A stretch of 62,215 nt of DNA, counting the filler, from Basidioascus undulatus (taxonomy: Eukaryota), in assembly GCA_000826855.1 (NCBI GenBank). It is 10 parts of 10 records of this genome, joined end to end, with 100 filler letters (N's around TTAATTAATTAA, not from the genome) between each part and the next. Parts side by side here need not be neighbours in the genome. Positions count along the whole stretch, not along the records: positions 33,435 to 35,482 come from JTLS01002968.1; positions 35,583 to 57,925 come from JTLS01000297.1; 8 more parts are not named here. The stretch is one strand, 5' to 3'. The position numbers and the translations under genes are program-made. The notes under the pieces are model-generated. The model made no database searches, was not told the origin of the DNA, and saw only the letters and a program-made list of their open reading frames with translations. Below are positions 34,598 to 46,411 of this stretch, piece by piece. The stretch's first letter is position 1; each line of letters begins with the position of its first letter.

Positions 34598-37500
34598 GCT
34601 TCTTGGGTGGGTGAGAGTGGAGGAGGAGAGTGGACTGGACTGACTGCTTGCTTGCTTGGAGAGTGGCTTGACGATTTTATGAGCTAATATGACGCATAGA
34701 GGATGCGAGCGGGAGCGTTCTGTTGAGGGCGGTTGAGTTTGCTCTGAGAAGAGAAGTGGTGCCCTGCGCTGGGGAGGATGGGTCACATTGCCTGCAGCCA
34801 GCTTCCCAGAATGGCTTTCATCTGGCTGACAGATTTCTCCCCGTTTCTTGCCAGTGTGGGGCTATCAGTGTTTCGCATGCGGGACACGAGCGAGCGCGGC
34901 AGACCCAGGTCCGTCGATGGACGGCCTGATTCTCCCATCCTCTGAAGTTTCAACCGTAGTCGCTAGCTTTCCGCCGGCTTCAGAATCAACTACTGCTTTC
35001 AGGGCTAACAGGACATGCGGCTTGGATATGGCGTTAGGTGTCGGACGCGATTGCCACACTGCGTTCAACTGAACGGTGGGCCGAGGGCTGACAAGAACGC
35101 CTTGGTATGTACCCCACGCCGATCTTCTTGGATTCCCCGGTACAGTGAGCTAAAACTAGCCTGAAGAACGGGGGTCTCAGGAGCTGTGGGAATGCAGGAA
35201 CGATCACGACGAATTGTTTTCTTGAATGACTCGCTGCTCCTGGGTATGTACGATGGACAGGTTGAGGACGGCAGCGAGCAAGCTGCCCAAGGAATAGCCT
35301 TCATATGTAGACAGCCACGGCGCGGGAGTCCCTCATGCCTCGGAAAAACCGCAACTCATCCTTGCTAGAGGATGGCGCTCATGATCCCGCGCAGACGCGT
35401 CGGCATGCTCTCCAAAGCCATGGCGATCTTACAGAAAGAGCCCCTTGGTTAGAAATGGACTATATGCTGGTCTGCATGATGCNNNNNNNNNNNNNNNNNN
35501 NNNNNNNNNNNNNNNNNNNNNNNNNNTTAATTAATTAANNNNNNNNNNNNNNNNNNNNNNNNNNNNNNNNNNNNNNNNNNNNATCTACACTCTCTCCCTC
35601 CTCCGTCTCCCCCCTCTCCCCACCCCTCACCTTGCCCGCTCCGTGCACGTCCCCAAATCCCCCCGGCGCACAACCGAAGAGCGCGAGCACCGCCTTGGCC
35701 GGCAAGCGACAAAGCGCAGGCAGAAGGCCGCGTCGTGGCACCGCGTCGAGGTGCGCCGCGAGGAGCGCATCCGCAAGCGCGAGGCGCGCGCGACGGCTGA
35801 GACGGGCGATGGATGGGGCGTGAAAGAGCCGGGCGAGCTGTGGGAGGCGTGGAGGCCGATTGATTTGGAGGCGGAGAGGAAGAAGAGGAAGAAGGGGAGG
35901 AAATGAGGGGGTGAGAGAGGGGCGCGGGTATGAGAGGGGGCAGGGTTGGGAGGGTGAGTCAAAGTGCGAGGTGCGCTGCGTGCTGGGGGTTCGCTTAATT
36001 AACATTGTGGGGCTTGTTCTCCCTTACAGTCCACCCACCAACTCTTCGTCCACAGCCTACCGCACACGGCCGAGCGGCGGTCCCCACTGTCCCTTCGGCG
36101 TGCCACCCTATCCTGCACTTTCCATCCTGTACCCCCTCCACGCGACAACGGACGACGGCCATGACGGCGACCACGGGCACGTGCGCTCCCGCTCGCGCCC
36201 ACGCAAGACATCCCCGCCGGGAACTCGTCGCGCAAGAGGAATGTGGGTGCTGTGGGCTGGGAGCTCGAACGCAGGGAGGGAGAGAGAAGGGGGCGTAGAT
36301 GTGAGGGCCTTGCTATCGGACTATCATGGCCTACGGTGAGAAGATGCAGAGTGCCGGTTGTGCGGTGTTCTGATGGATGTGGGGCGATATGCGAGGTGAT
36401 AAAAGGCATAGCTTGGGATGGTGAGCATTGCATCTGGGTAGGAAAGCGTGGCAGTGCTGTGCCCTCCTGCGAAAAGCCATATCTAGCGCGCAGCCGAAGG
36501 CTTTGCTCGTTATCACACTGCTTCGCGTGTCCGAACGTACGCCGACAGCACGGTCCATGCTCAATCGCGGCAGTAAGGCAAGGCATACAGTCAACGTCGT
36601 TCACTTTACCTTCGCTCTCTCGTGACTTGAAGGACACAGTGCAATAAGTAAGTCACAGTCTCTTAACATCGTGTAAGGCCGGTTCTATAGCTTGCTGTGC
36701 GAAAGACAATGCGGCCTTTCGTCGGTTACGGACGTAGCTCACTTTCCGTATTGAGGCAGCTACTCAGACCAGGCGCATTGATGGTGTGGTACATCGCAGA
36801 ATGCTCTTTTCAGTTTTGATCAGGATGCAGTTCACATGCCTACTGCGGCAGGTCGCGTCGACGCCGAGACATTCGCAGGGATTTTCGAGCTTCGCTATTC
36901 TGGGAGGGATCAGCGATATGCGCATCTGCAGACAGCAAGTACCTGGAAATGTCAGTACCGAGGTATAACGTATAACCCCTTTAAAAGACTTTGAGGCTGC
37001 TTTTCTAAAGATTTCGGGAAAGCCGGCAGGAAATGGATTGCTCTGTAAAGATCTGCACGAGGCAGTCCACAGAGAACGCGACACTTGTTGAATGCTTGCG
37101 GATGGCGGCATCCCTGCTCTCTCGACAGTCGACAACGCCACGAGGCCCTAGAGAACGACTGAACCCATACAGGCCAACGCTTGGCTTTTGACTGCCTAAC
37201 CTCAGTTGTAAAGAATTGCATCAAACGCCTTGATCAGCACAGCTCGAAATCAGCAGCACAAGCAGGCTGTTGACTTTCAGTGACGCGACATCCGAAGAAC
37301 ATGATAATACCAGCAGCTGAATCATTTTGCAACGCCAAACATTGGAAACATGCAGGAGCCCAGCAAAAGGCAGTTGTCGGATGCATGTATGTCCGACGTG
37401 GGTCCCAAGGTGGCAATGGCCAAGGCGCCTTTGCGGGTCGGGTTGCTCAAGGCTTGTGTAGATGTAAGTGCATGTTCTAGATTCAATCAAGATAAAAACT

Positions 37501-37789
37501 TTCGTTGCTACAAAGTCATATTCAGGATATGTAACCTGACGCCGCAGTCCGCGGTAATCTGACGCGCAATCTCGCCCGACGCGTGCTGAACGCGGCGCGA
37601 CTCTCCTTTTCTCCTGCCGCCACCACTACCTCCCGACAATTTCACAGCTTGTTCCCTACACCGACCGGACGATACGATACCCAAAGCGGCATACACCAGC
37701 AGCTTCACCGCATACCGCTCCTCCCCTAGACACGCACCAGCTCGGAGCCCTGCCCGCGCCGATACAACGCCGTCCCGGGAGCGCTCGAC

Positions 37790-40700
37790 ATGTCGGGCGT
37801 GAGGAATAACCTCGAGGCGCAGCTTAAGCGCTTCGGGTCATATACGGCGTCGGATACGCCAACGACAGGAACATCGGGCGCGAAGAAGGGCTTCTCGTTC
37901 ACCGAAGTCCAGCAGCCATCCTCGTCCAAGGTCGGCGTGCCCCTTTTGGCTCCCTTTCCTCTCTAACCCCTTCTTACGACTGTCCTCCCGACAGAGCAAG
38001 TTTAAGCCTGCTCAATTAGCGCAGGATCCGTCCGAATTTCGTCCGAGCCCGCGCACGCCTGCTCAGGCCGCCGCCGCCCCGTCTCCAAAGCGGCCTTCCC
38101 CGAGCGCGCACGCGTCCTCCTCGTCCGCCCGCAAGCGCTCGCGCCTGTCGTCCCCTCAGCGCGCGCCAAATCAGCTTCCCGCCCAGCAGCTGGAGCCGAT
38201 GGAGGAGGACGAGGCAATGATGATCGCGGCGGCGGAGGAGGCGATGGAGGGGTTGGATCCTGAGGCGGAGGCGGTGCTGCAGGAGATGGAAATGGAGGAA
38301 GCTCGGAAAGCTGCGGTGAGTGTTTCCTTGTTGCTCTGGGAAGATACGCTCTCATACTGATAGCCACCTCAGGCTCCGAAACCACCCCGGCCACCCGCTC
38401 ACACTTCCTCCCATCGACCATCACCGTCGTCCTCGAGCGCTCGCGCCCCCACATATCCGACCCCTTCATCTTCTCTCGCCGTCCAGCGCCCACGTTCCCG
38501 TGTATCGACTCCGAGCGGCGAGACCAAGACTCTCGTGCAGCTCAATGCGGAGCTCAAGCTAGCCCTGCACAACAAGGACAAGGTCATGGAGCAGCTCATC
38601 GCGCTGATGTCGGGCGAGCTGGACGAGAGCGTCGCGGACAAGGAGTTGCTGATGATGAACAAGTGAATGCAATGGCGAGATTACTGCGGTTGTAGCACAC
38701 GCTAACGTCGCTGCCTCTTCAGGCAATTTCTCTCGACGAAGATCGAGAAGCTGACCAAAGCCGTCGAGGAAGCCGAGCTGGCCGAAGCTCGCTCCGGCTC
38801 CCCGACGCCGGCGGCAGTCGCAGGTCCATCGCGCTCCTCACCCGCTACGAGAGCGCCTCCCCCGCCTCAACTACTCCCTCCTTCGCCGGCCCGGCAGGCA
38901 CTGCGCGAGCTGCCACAGTTCTCATCGCCCATCGTCGCCGCTCCTGCTCCCGCACGCCCAGCGGCCGCCGCCCCGCCCCCACGCTTCCCTCCTCACGCTC
39001 ACCCTCAGCCGCCCTGTGCCCCGCGCACAGCGTCAAGCGAAGTGCGCACGATCGTCTCCTCCGACGACGAGGTCCAGCCGATCGTCCGGCCTGCGGCTGC
39101 GCCCGCCGCGGCCGGTCCGAGCAACCCGAAGACTGTCAAGCCAGCTCCGGTCGTAGTCGACAACTACGACGACGTCGACTTCGCGAACTTCTTCTCTGAC
39201 GAGCCCGACGTCGGACCGCCCGCCCCCGCTCCCGGCCTCGCTCGCGCGGCTCTGCCCGCGAGGCCAGTGACGCCGCCGCGCGTCCGACACGCCTGGGCGA
39301 ACGAGGTCGACAAGATCATGCACGACACGTTCGGACTCTCCTCGTTCCGGAAGAACCAGCTCGAGGCGATAGACGCGACGCTGCAGGGCCGGGACGTCTT
39401 CGTGCTCATGCCGACGGGCGGCGGCAAGAGCGTGTGCTACCAGATCCCAGCGTGCGTGCGGAGCGGCAAGACGCGCGGCGTCTCCATCGTCGTCTCGCCC
39501 CTGCTCTCGCTCATCCAGGACCAGATCTCGCACCTCATGGCGCTCGACATCCCGACGTATGCGTTCAGCGGCACGACGAGCGCTGCGACCAAGAAGATGA
39601 TCGTGGACGACCTGCGCAGGGCCGAGCCCATCACTCGCCTGCTCTACGTCACGCCCGAGATGCTCGGCCAGAGCGGCATGTTCAAGGACCTCCTGCGGAC
39701 GCTGTATCGCAACAAGCGCCTCGCCCGCTTCGTCGTCGACGAGGCGCATTGTGTCAGCCAGGTGCGTAGTTATCTGATCGCAACTCGCCTGCTCATCTGC
39801 TGACGCTTTCACATTTAGTGGGGCCATGACTTTCGGCCGGTGCGCTTGTTTCCGTGAGCTGCTTCGCTCTCAGCGCTCATGTGTCTGACTGTCGTTTGGC
39901 CCCGCAGGACTACACTCAGCTCGGCCGGCTCAAGGACGACTTCCCCGGCGTGCCGTTTATGGCGCTCACCGCGACTGCGAACGCGCGCGTCAAGGAGGAC
40001 ATCAAGGCGAGCTTGCGCATGCGCGGCTGCGAGGAGCTCAAGTCGAGCTTCAACCGCAAGAATCTGCACTGTGCGTGTCCCTTGTCCCTTTGCACCCTAC
40101 ATGTCGGGCTCAACGCTGACCCGCTTCTCCGGGCGCATACAGACGAGATCCGCCCGAAGACCAAGTCCGTGCTGTCCGACATCAACAGCTTCATCCAGGC
40201 GAACTACAAGGGCAAAACCGGTGCGTCTTCCGCTCAGGTCGGAGAGGGACGTCGCACGTATCGAGCTGGGCTGACACCGTTCACCGATCCGCAGGCATCA
40301 TCTACTGCTCGTCGAAGCGCGCGTGCGAAGAGACTGCCCAGAAGCTGCGTAACGACTTCGGCCTGCCCGCGCAGCACTACCACGCTGGCATGAGCAAGGA
40401 CGACCGCGCGCGCATCCAGATCGGCTGGCAGAAGGGACACTTCCTGATCATTGTTGCGACCGTTGCGTTCGGCATGGGTAAGCGCGACGTTCGTTCTCGT
40501 CCTTGAGAGTCGGCGCGCTGACGAATGCTTCTCATGCAGGCATCGACAAACCAGATGGTGTGTCTCTGCAACGATCGCGTTATCAAGACTCTGAGCTAAC
40601 CCCGGCTGTCTGCAGTCCGCTTCGTCGTACACTACTCCCTGCCGCAGAGCTTGGAGGGCTACTACCAGGAAACGGGCCGTGCGGGTCGTGATGGCGAGAG

Positions 40701-42403
40701 CTCCGTCTGCATCCTCTGTGCGTGTGATGTCCGCTTTGCTGCGAGCCTCTTCCTCATGCGTCCTTTTCCAGACTTCGCCTACAAGGACACGGGCACCGTC
40801 AACTGGCTCATCGACAACGGCGAGGGCTCGGCCGAGCAGAAAGCGAGCCAGCGCGCCAACCTCCGGCAGGTCGTCCAATTCTGCCTGAACAAGACCGACT
40901 GTCGGCGCTCGCAAGTGCTGCAGTACTTTGGCGAGAACTTCGATGCGTCCAAGTGCCACAAGACGTGTGACAACTGCATGGCCGGCGACGGCGGCGAACC
41001 GTCGGACGTGACTAAGGAGGCGAAGGACGCCTGCCGCCTCATCGATGCGCTGCACAGCCAACGCGTCGTACGTTGTCTTGGTATGACACGCGAGACTTCG
41101 CGACTGACTCTTGCGTATCTGTAGACCATGCTCTACTGCGTCGACGTCTTCCGCGGCGCGAACCAGGCCAAGATCAAGGACCGCGGCCACGACGGCTGCC
41201 CGCAGTTCGGCAAGGGCGCGCACATGGAGCGCGGCGACGTCGAGCGCCTCTTCCAGACACTCTGGGCGGAGCAGGTCCTCGGCGAGCGGTACGAGTCGAA
41301 CAAGGTTGGCTTCACGAACGCCTACGTCGTCGTACGTCTGTCTCGACCGCATATCCGCAGCAACCCAACCGCTAACCCGTCTCCTTCCCCGCTCCAGCCG
41401 GGCGCGAGCTTCAGGGAGGTCCTCAACGGCAACAAACGCATCATGCTCACGCTCAGCAAAAAGGGCTCGGCTTCGTGCGGCAAGGAGAACGGCGTGCGCG
41501 TGCGGATGGGGGCGGCGGGCAACAAGGGCAAGGGCCCCGCGGTGGCGGCCGACGACTCGTTCGAGCACGAGCAGATCGAGGACGGCGAGGACGGCGCGTA
41601 CGTCGACGACTTCGACGCCGAGATCCCCGTCGTCGAGCGGCCGCTGGCGACGAGGCGCTCCCGGGACAAGGTCAAGTCCGTCCCCGCGCCGATCGACCTC
41701 GAGGTGGAGGACGCGGCCGGGAGCGCGCAGGACCCGCACGCTGCTTGCTTGGCGGAGCTTCTTGAGAAGCGGAAACAGGTGCGCTGGATGTTGTCGACGG
41801 ACCGCCGAGTTGATTGCTGACTGCTGGCCCTACCAGCTTGCAAAGCAGCGCAAGTGCAGTCCAGAGAACCTCATGCCCAAGGAGGTTCTGGAGATGGTCG
41901 CCGCCATGCTGCCGAACAGTGCGTACACATGGTTTTCAGCTCCGCCAGCACGCGCGCTGATGTCTGGAGGATTTGGTCAGGCATACCGGCCTTCTTGGGC
42001 ATCGAGGGCGTTACGGAGGACAACTTCGACACCGAGTACTTCAAGGTCGTTAGACCGCACGCGGAGAAGGTCGCGAAGTGCGGCAGTGCGCAGGCTGGTT
42101 CAAGCAGGTGCTTGTTCCGTCCAGTCGAGATCAGCTTCCCATGTCCGCTCACATCCACTGTGTCGGCGCAGTCGCTCGAGACCCGCTGTGGACCCGAAGA
42201 AGCTGGCCGAACGCTTCGCTTACTTCCCCGTCAGGCCTACCACGGCCAAGCCGGCAAGCAAGCAGGCGACGACGAGCCGCACCAAGTCCTCCACCTCGCG
42301 CACCTCCTCCAGCCGGGCGGCTGTGCTCGCTGCGCCTCCGATCTCGAGCGGCATCCGTGCGATGCCAATCAACAAAACAACCTCTGGGCCAAGAAAGAAG
42401 TGA
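37790..42403 (+). CDS. SGS1: RecQ-family DNA helicase Sgs1/BLM
   Basis: N-terminal RNNL, motif 0 [87 protein letters not shown]...[12 protein letters not shown]-like tail. Confidence 0.97.
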
Positions 42404-42574
42404 ACACCTTCTAGATTGCGCCTCCTTCTCTCCCCACCACCTAGCCAGCCCTTCTTGTTCCGCACGTCCCTCACGATCCTTGTTGTCATCATCACGTCTC
42501 AGCATTCGATCCTCGCAGCACTCTGTCGATCATTTGGCGTGCATGTGTGTTCATCCATGTCTGCTCCCTCAGAC

Positions 42575-44235
42575 TCAGACTTGCAGCGTAGCCCGCCCAG
42601 ACACCCCGCATATCCAACTCCCCCCGAGTGCCGACGAGGACGTAAACCCGTTCTCGCTCGCTGCGCAGAAGACCCCCTCGAGGACGCGAACTTCTTCCTG
42701 GTCTGACCAGTCAACAATCGGGGCAGTGCCGGACAGCAGCGAGAAGATGGGGGCTGGGGCTGGCGAGAGCGCGAGTGGCTTGGGAGGCAGGGGCGAGCGC
42801 CGAAGGAACTGCGGGTGACAGACAATTATATAAACGTGCGCGCTGTGGGTTGAAGCAGAAAACTTGACTCGCCTGGATACGTTTCCCGAGGTCGACATCC
42901 TCATCCGTCTCTACGGCAAGCCCGCCGCGCGACGGATCACCGGACATGATGTTGTAGACGCGTTCGACAGTCTGGCCCACAAGTCCGTCAACCTCGCTCC
43001 GCGATGGCAAGTGTAGAGCGTTGGAAGCGACTTACCCCTTGAGGCGAGAGGAACCCGAGGAAGTACTCTTCCTCCTTGCCGATGAAAGGGGGCGGCCCGC
43101 CAGGCGTGTCGGGCGTCTGGAGAAGACGCAGCAGCCGTTGCGTCGCGTTCCCAGAGTTGAGCGTCAGGATGATGTTTCCGCTCACGCTAGGAGCAGAAGA
43201 AAATAAAGCGGGTGGTCAGTCCTTTAAGCGCAGGCCGTCACTTTCCTGCCTGTTACTCACTCGGTCACATCGGCCGGTTCGCCCAGAGGCTCGAGGTTGT
43301 CGAACGAGAGCGCGGGAGCGGGTGAGGTCGATGTTGAGGAGAGGAAGGCGAGGCCGACTGCCCCGTCTGAGTAGGGCTTGCCTTGGTAGAGCAGCGTGTG
43401 AGGGCGGCCGGTAACGAAGGGGGTGGAGGCGGCGAGGAGGCCGAGCTGTGCGAGCGGGTGTGAGAACCTGCAAAATATTGGGTCGAGACCCTGAATGCCT
43501 GAACGTGCCTTCGATGCAGAGTGCAGGTGAGTGTCGAGCGCGGAGAGAAGGCCTTGGCAAGATGGCTCGGAGAAGAATACGACTGAGCGGACGTCGCTGA
43601 CAAGTCCGCCCGAAACAAGTCGTCAGCTTGTTTCAAACAACACCATATAGCAACGAGGCTCTTATGGAACTTCCATACCTCAGCTCACTCAGTTCCCTCG
43701 GCAGTTCCGGCCTCTCCGCCCTCCTCTTACTCCAGTTCTCGCCCTCCTCCGTCCAGCGCTCAAAATCCGGCAGCTCCTCCCTCCGGTCGTCCTCGACGAC
43801 GTCCGGCCTGACCCAGCGCCCCACAGTCGTGGGCCGGCGGCCCCTGATCTCCGACCGCAAGGGCACGGCCACGGTCGCATCGTCAGCGCGGAGGAGCGCG
43901 ATCGAGTACAGCTCTGACCCCTCGGGCGCGAGGAGCGCGTCGCTCAGCCCGCCGAGCGATGCGCGGCCTGTGAGGTTCACGATTTCGCCGAGGTGCGGGT
44001 GGTTCTTGGATGCGGCGAAGAGGAGTGTGGGGGCGCTTGAGGAAGAGGTGGAGCGGGAGGTGGAGAGATAGTTTGTGAGCTCCGAGAGAAGCGCAGAAGG
44101 AGACGAGGAGATTAAGGTCGTCGCGGAGAGGCCTGATGCGGCGGTCGAGAGGAATCGAGCTTGAGAGACTGCTCGATGAGCGAGATGAGTGGGTTTGAAA
44201 AAGTAAGGTAAGTGCGAGGTGTGTAAGCGAATCAT
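42575..44235 (-). CDS. Uncharacterised probably mitochondrial protein, FIST-domain-like
   Basis: Presequence-like start; spliced motifs VGRW, SGNIILTLNSGNATQRLL, YNIMSGDPSRGGLAVET, FCAASENGF; FIST assignment is recollection, not a search result. Confidence 0.6.
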
Positions 44236-44650
44236 GGTGCGTGGAAGGATGGTTGATGAAGGCAGAAAACAGACGTCGTATTACAAACCAGAGCTTCGTC
44301 TGAGGATCAGCATCGCTGACACCGTCTTTCCCGCGGAAATTGCGATCGAACGTCCTTCTTCCGCTCTGGAAGTGTGAAAAAGACCCACCATAGAAAAGAA
44401 ACACTCCTCTTCAATGGTTACATTGAAGCAAACAAGGCCCTCGCGACGTGGACCGCAGTCAGACGCAGCAACAGAGCTCCACGGACCACCTGAGCGCTGA
44501 GCAAGATGCATATTACGGGACGTGAAGATGGTGTCACAAGGACAAGCAAGAAATATGTCGACCGAGCAAAAAAGGAAGGGAAAGGACGCGGGTATACGCG
44601 AAACGTCCAGGGAGAGATGCGTGAGGGATAGTCGGGGCGCGAGGTCGTGA

Positions 44651-45709
44651 TTAGGAGATGACACAGCCTGCCGTCCAGGATAGGGTCAGAGGAAAGCAGG
44701 ACTACGCAGTGTGAAATGGCACCGTACAGGAGTTCTGCTTCTTCGCCGTCCGGTAGACTGTTCAGAATGGCGTGTCAGTCCGACCACAGCCAAGTCGAAG
44801 ACCTGCTTCGACGACCCTCGAGTGCCAGAACATACATGCTTTGGAAGACGCAGAAAGCTGGTTGGACCTCTCGACAAGGTTGTCTGCGGATGTGACCTCA
44901 GCGTCAGAATGTCGAGGGTAGAGGAGCTATGAGGAAAGGGACGGACCGAGCTTCTCCCCACGCTCCAGCACCGACTCTGTCCCACCAGCCCAACCTTGAG
45001 TACATACATCCCCCTTCTCAAGAAGCGCATCTCAACGGCAAGCGCACCAATAGTCTTGTGCTGTAGCGACGGCCCCAATCTCAGCTCCGCATTTCAGTCT
45101 CACACGACCAGCGCGAGGGACGCACCATCACGATCTTGGTCTCGTCCAGCTCCTGCTGGACGCGCATGATGGTGTCCGCCTGCCGGGGGTCCTGGTACTT
45201 GGTTATGAGGGTGTTGAGCTCGGGGATCTGGACGGGGCTCGTCCCCTCCGGAGCGCCCGGTTGCCGGGCGTTGTTGACATAGGCGTTGTAGTTGGACGCG
45301 GCGCGGACCGCGGCGGGAACGTCGTCGAGGACTTTGGAGAGGAGGGAGAAGGCGGGGCGGACGGGGTACTCCTGCGTGACGATCGCGATGGCTTCCCCCC
45401 CCGACACAACAGTAAGCCTCTCCCTCCCATGGCGAGCAAGATAGGGGGAACATCCACCAGCTACGCACCAGCATGGTCGCCCTGGCGGTACACATGGGCG
45501 GTGTAATTGTTCTCCTGCACCGACTGCCGCTGGCCCTCCGTCGTCCGCTCCGCGACGGTCTTTGCGAAGAAGGTGAGGAACTCCTTAACGCTGCCCTTCT
45601 GGTAGAAGCTGAACGAGGACAAGTCCTCCGCGCTCGCGAGCGGGACGGCCGGCTTGGCCGCGGCGTCCAGGACGCCGAGATAGTAGATCTTGTGGGACGG
45701 GGCCGCCAT
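44651..45709 (-). CDS. YKT6: Prenylated longin R-SNARE Ykt6
   Basis: DLSSFSFYQKGSVKEFLTFFAKTVAERT, RQSVQEN, EYPVRPAFSLL, KYQDPRQADTIMRVQQELDETKIVM/HKTI, VLERGEKL, AKKQNSCCVIS* (CCAAX). Confidence 0.97.
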
Positions 45710-46411
45710 GGACGTCTGTGCGCTGAACTGAAGTGCAAAGGGGCAGCTGGCAAAGCGAGTGCGGAATGGCAGGGAGATGTAGGCAGGCGGGAGAGCGTTG
45801 AGCGTGGTCCGCAGCCAGCCAGCCGCCTTCCCGCGGGACATGACGCGCCTTTGGACTGTCGGCGTAACAGTCCTTTCTCAGCTTTCACGAGCCGCCTTTG
45901 CTTTCTTCTGCCTCAGAAAGAATGCAAAGCATCGGGTAAAAGGTTATTGTGCATGGCAAGCAATGCAGCGGCAAGACATGCATGCATTGGCGGTGGGTGC
46001 TCAGACCAAGGCGAACTGACAATACCGAAGCAGCCTCGGGAGCACAAGGCTGCGAAGGGTGGGTGGGTAGGACGGGGGTACAGGTCGGTCTTCATAAAAT
46101 CAAAGGGGAGTGCAGGGAGGGGCAAAGGGAGGGAGGTTGGAGGTGCAGCGGGAGGGAGGGTTGAAGGTGCATGCAAACTAGGGTGGGTCGTGACGAGGGG
46201 GGGATGATGCACAGCGTAAACTGGGAGAATGAATGGGCGTGGAATGAATGCACGTCAAGGCAGTAGGGTCGAAAGCGAAAGCGAACAATGCGGGGCATGC
46301 GATGGTTGGTGTAACTTGTGTACCAAAAAGAACCTGGAGGTAAGCGAAGCGGAGGTGTAGAGAGGGGTGGGCCTGGCAGGGCGTGAAATAATATGCTAGA
46401 TCTCTGCGGCT

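Noticed and set aside
35583..37700. Short basic ORF end (35643-35906) and lower-GC tract with scattered ORFs
   Set aside because: No recognisable family or consistent splice pattern; left unannotated.
39033..41739. Long antisense ORFs (264 and 501 aa) opposite SGS1; likewise 55989-57659 and 33379-34374
   Set aside because: Shadow ORFs expected from high GC3 codon bias; no protein-like motifs.
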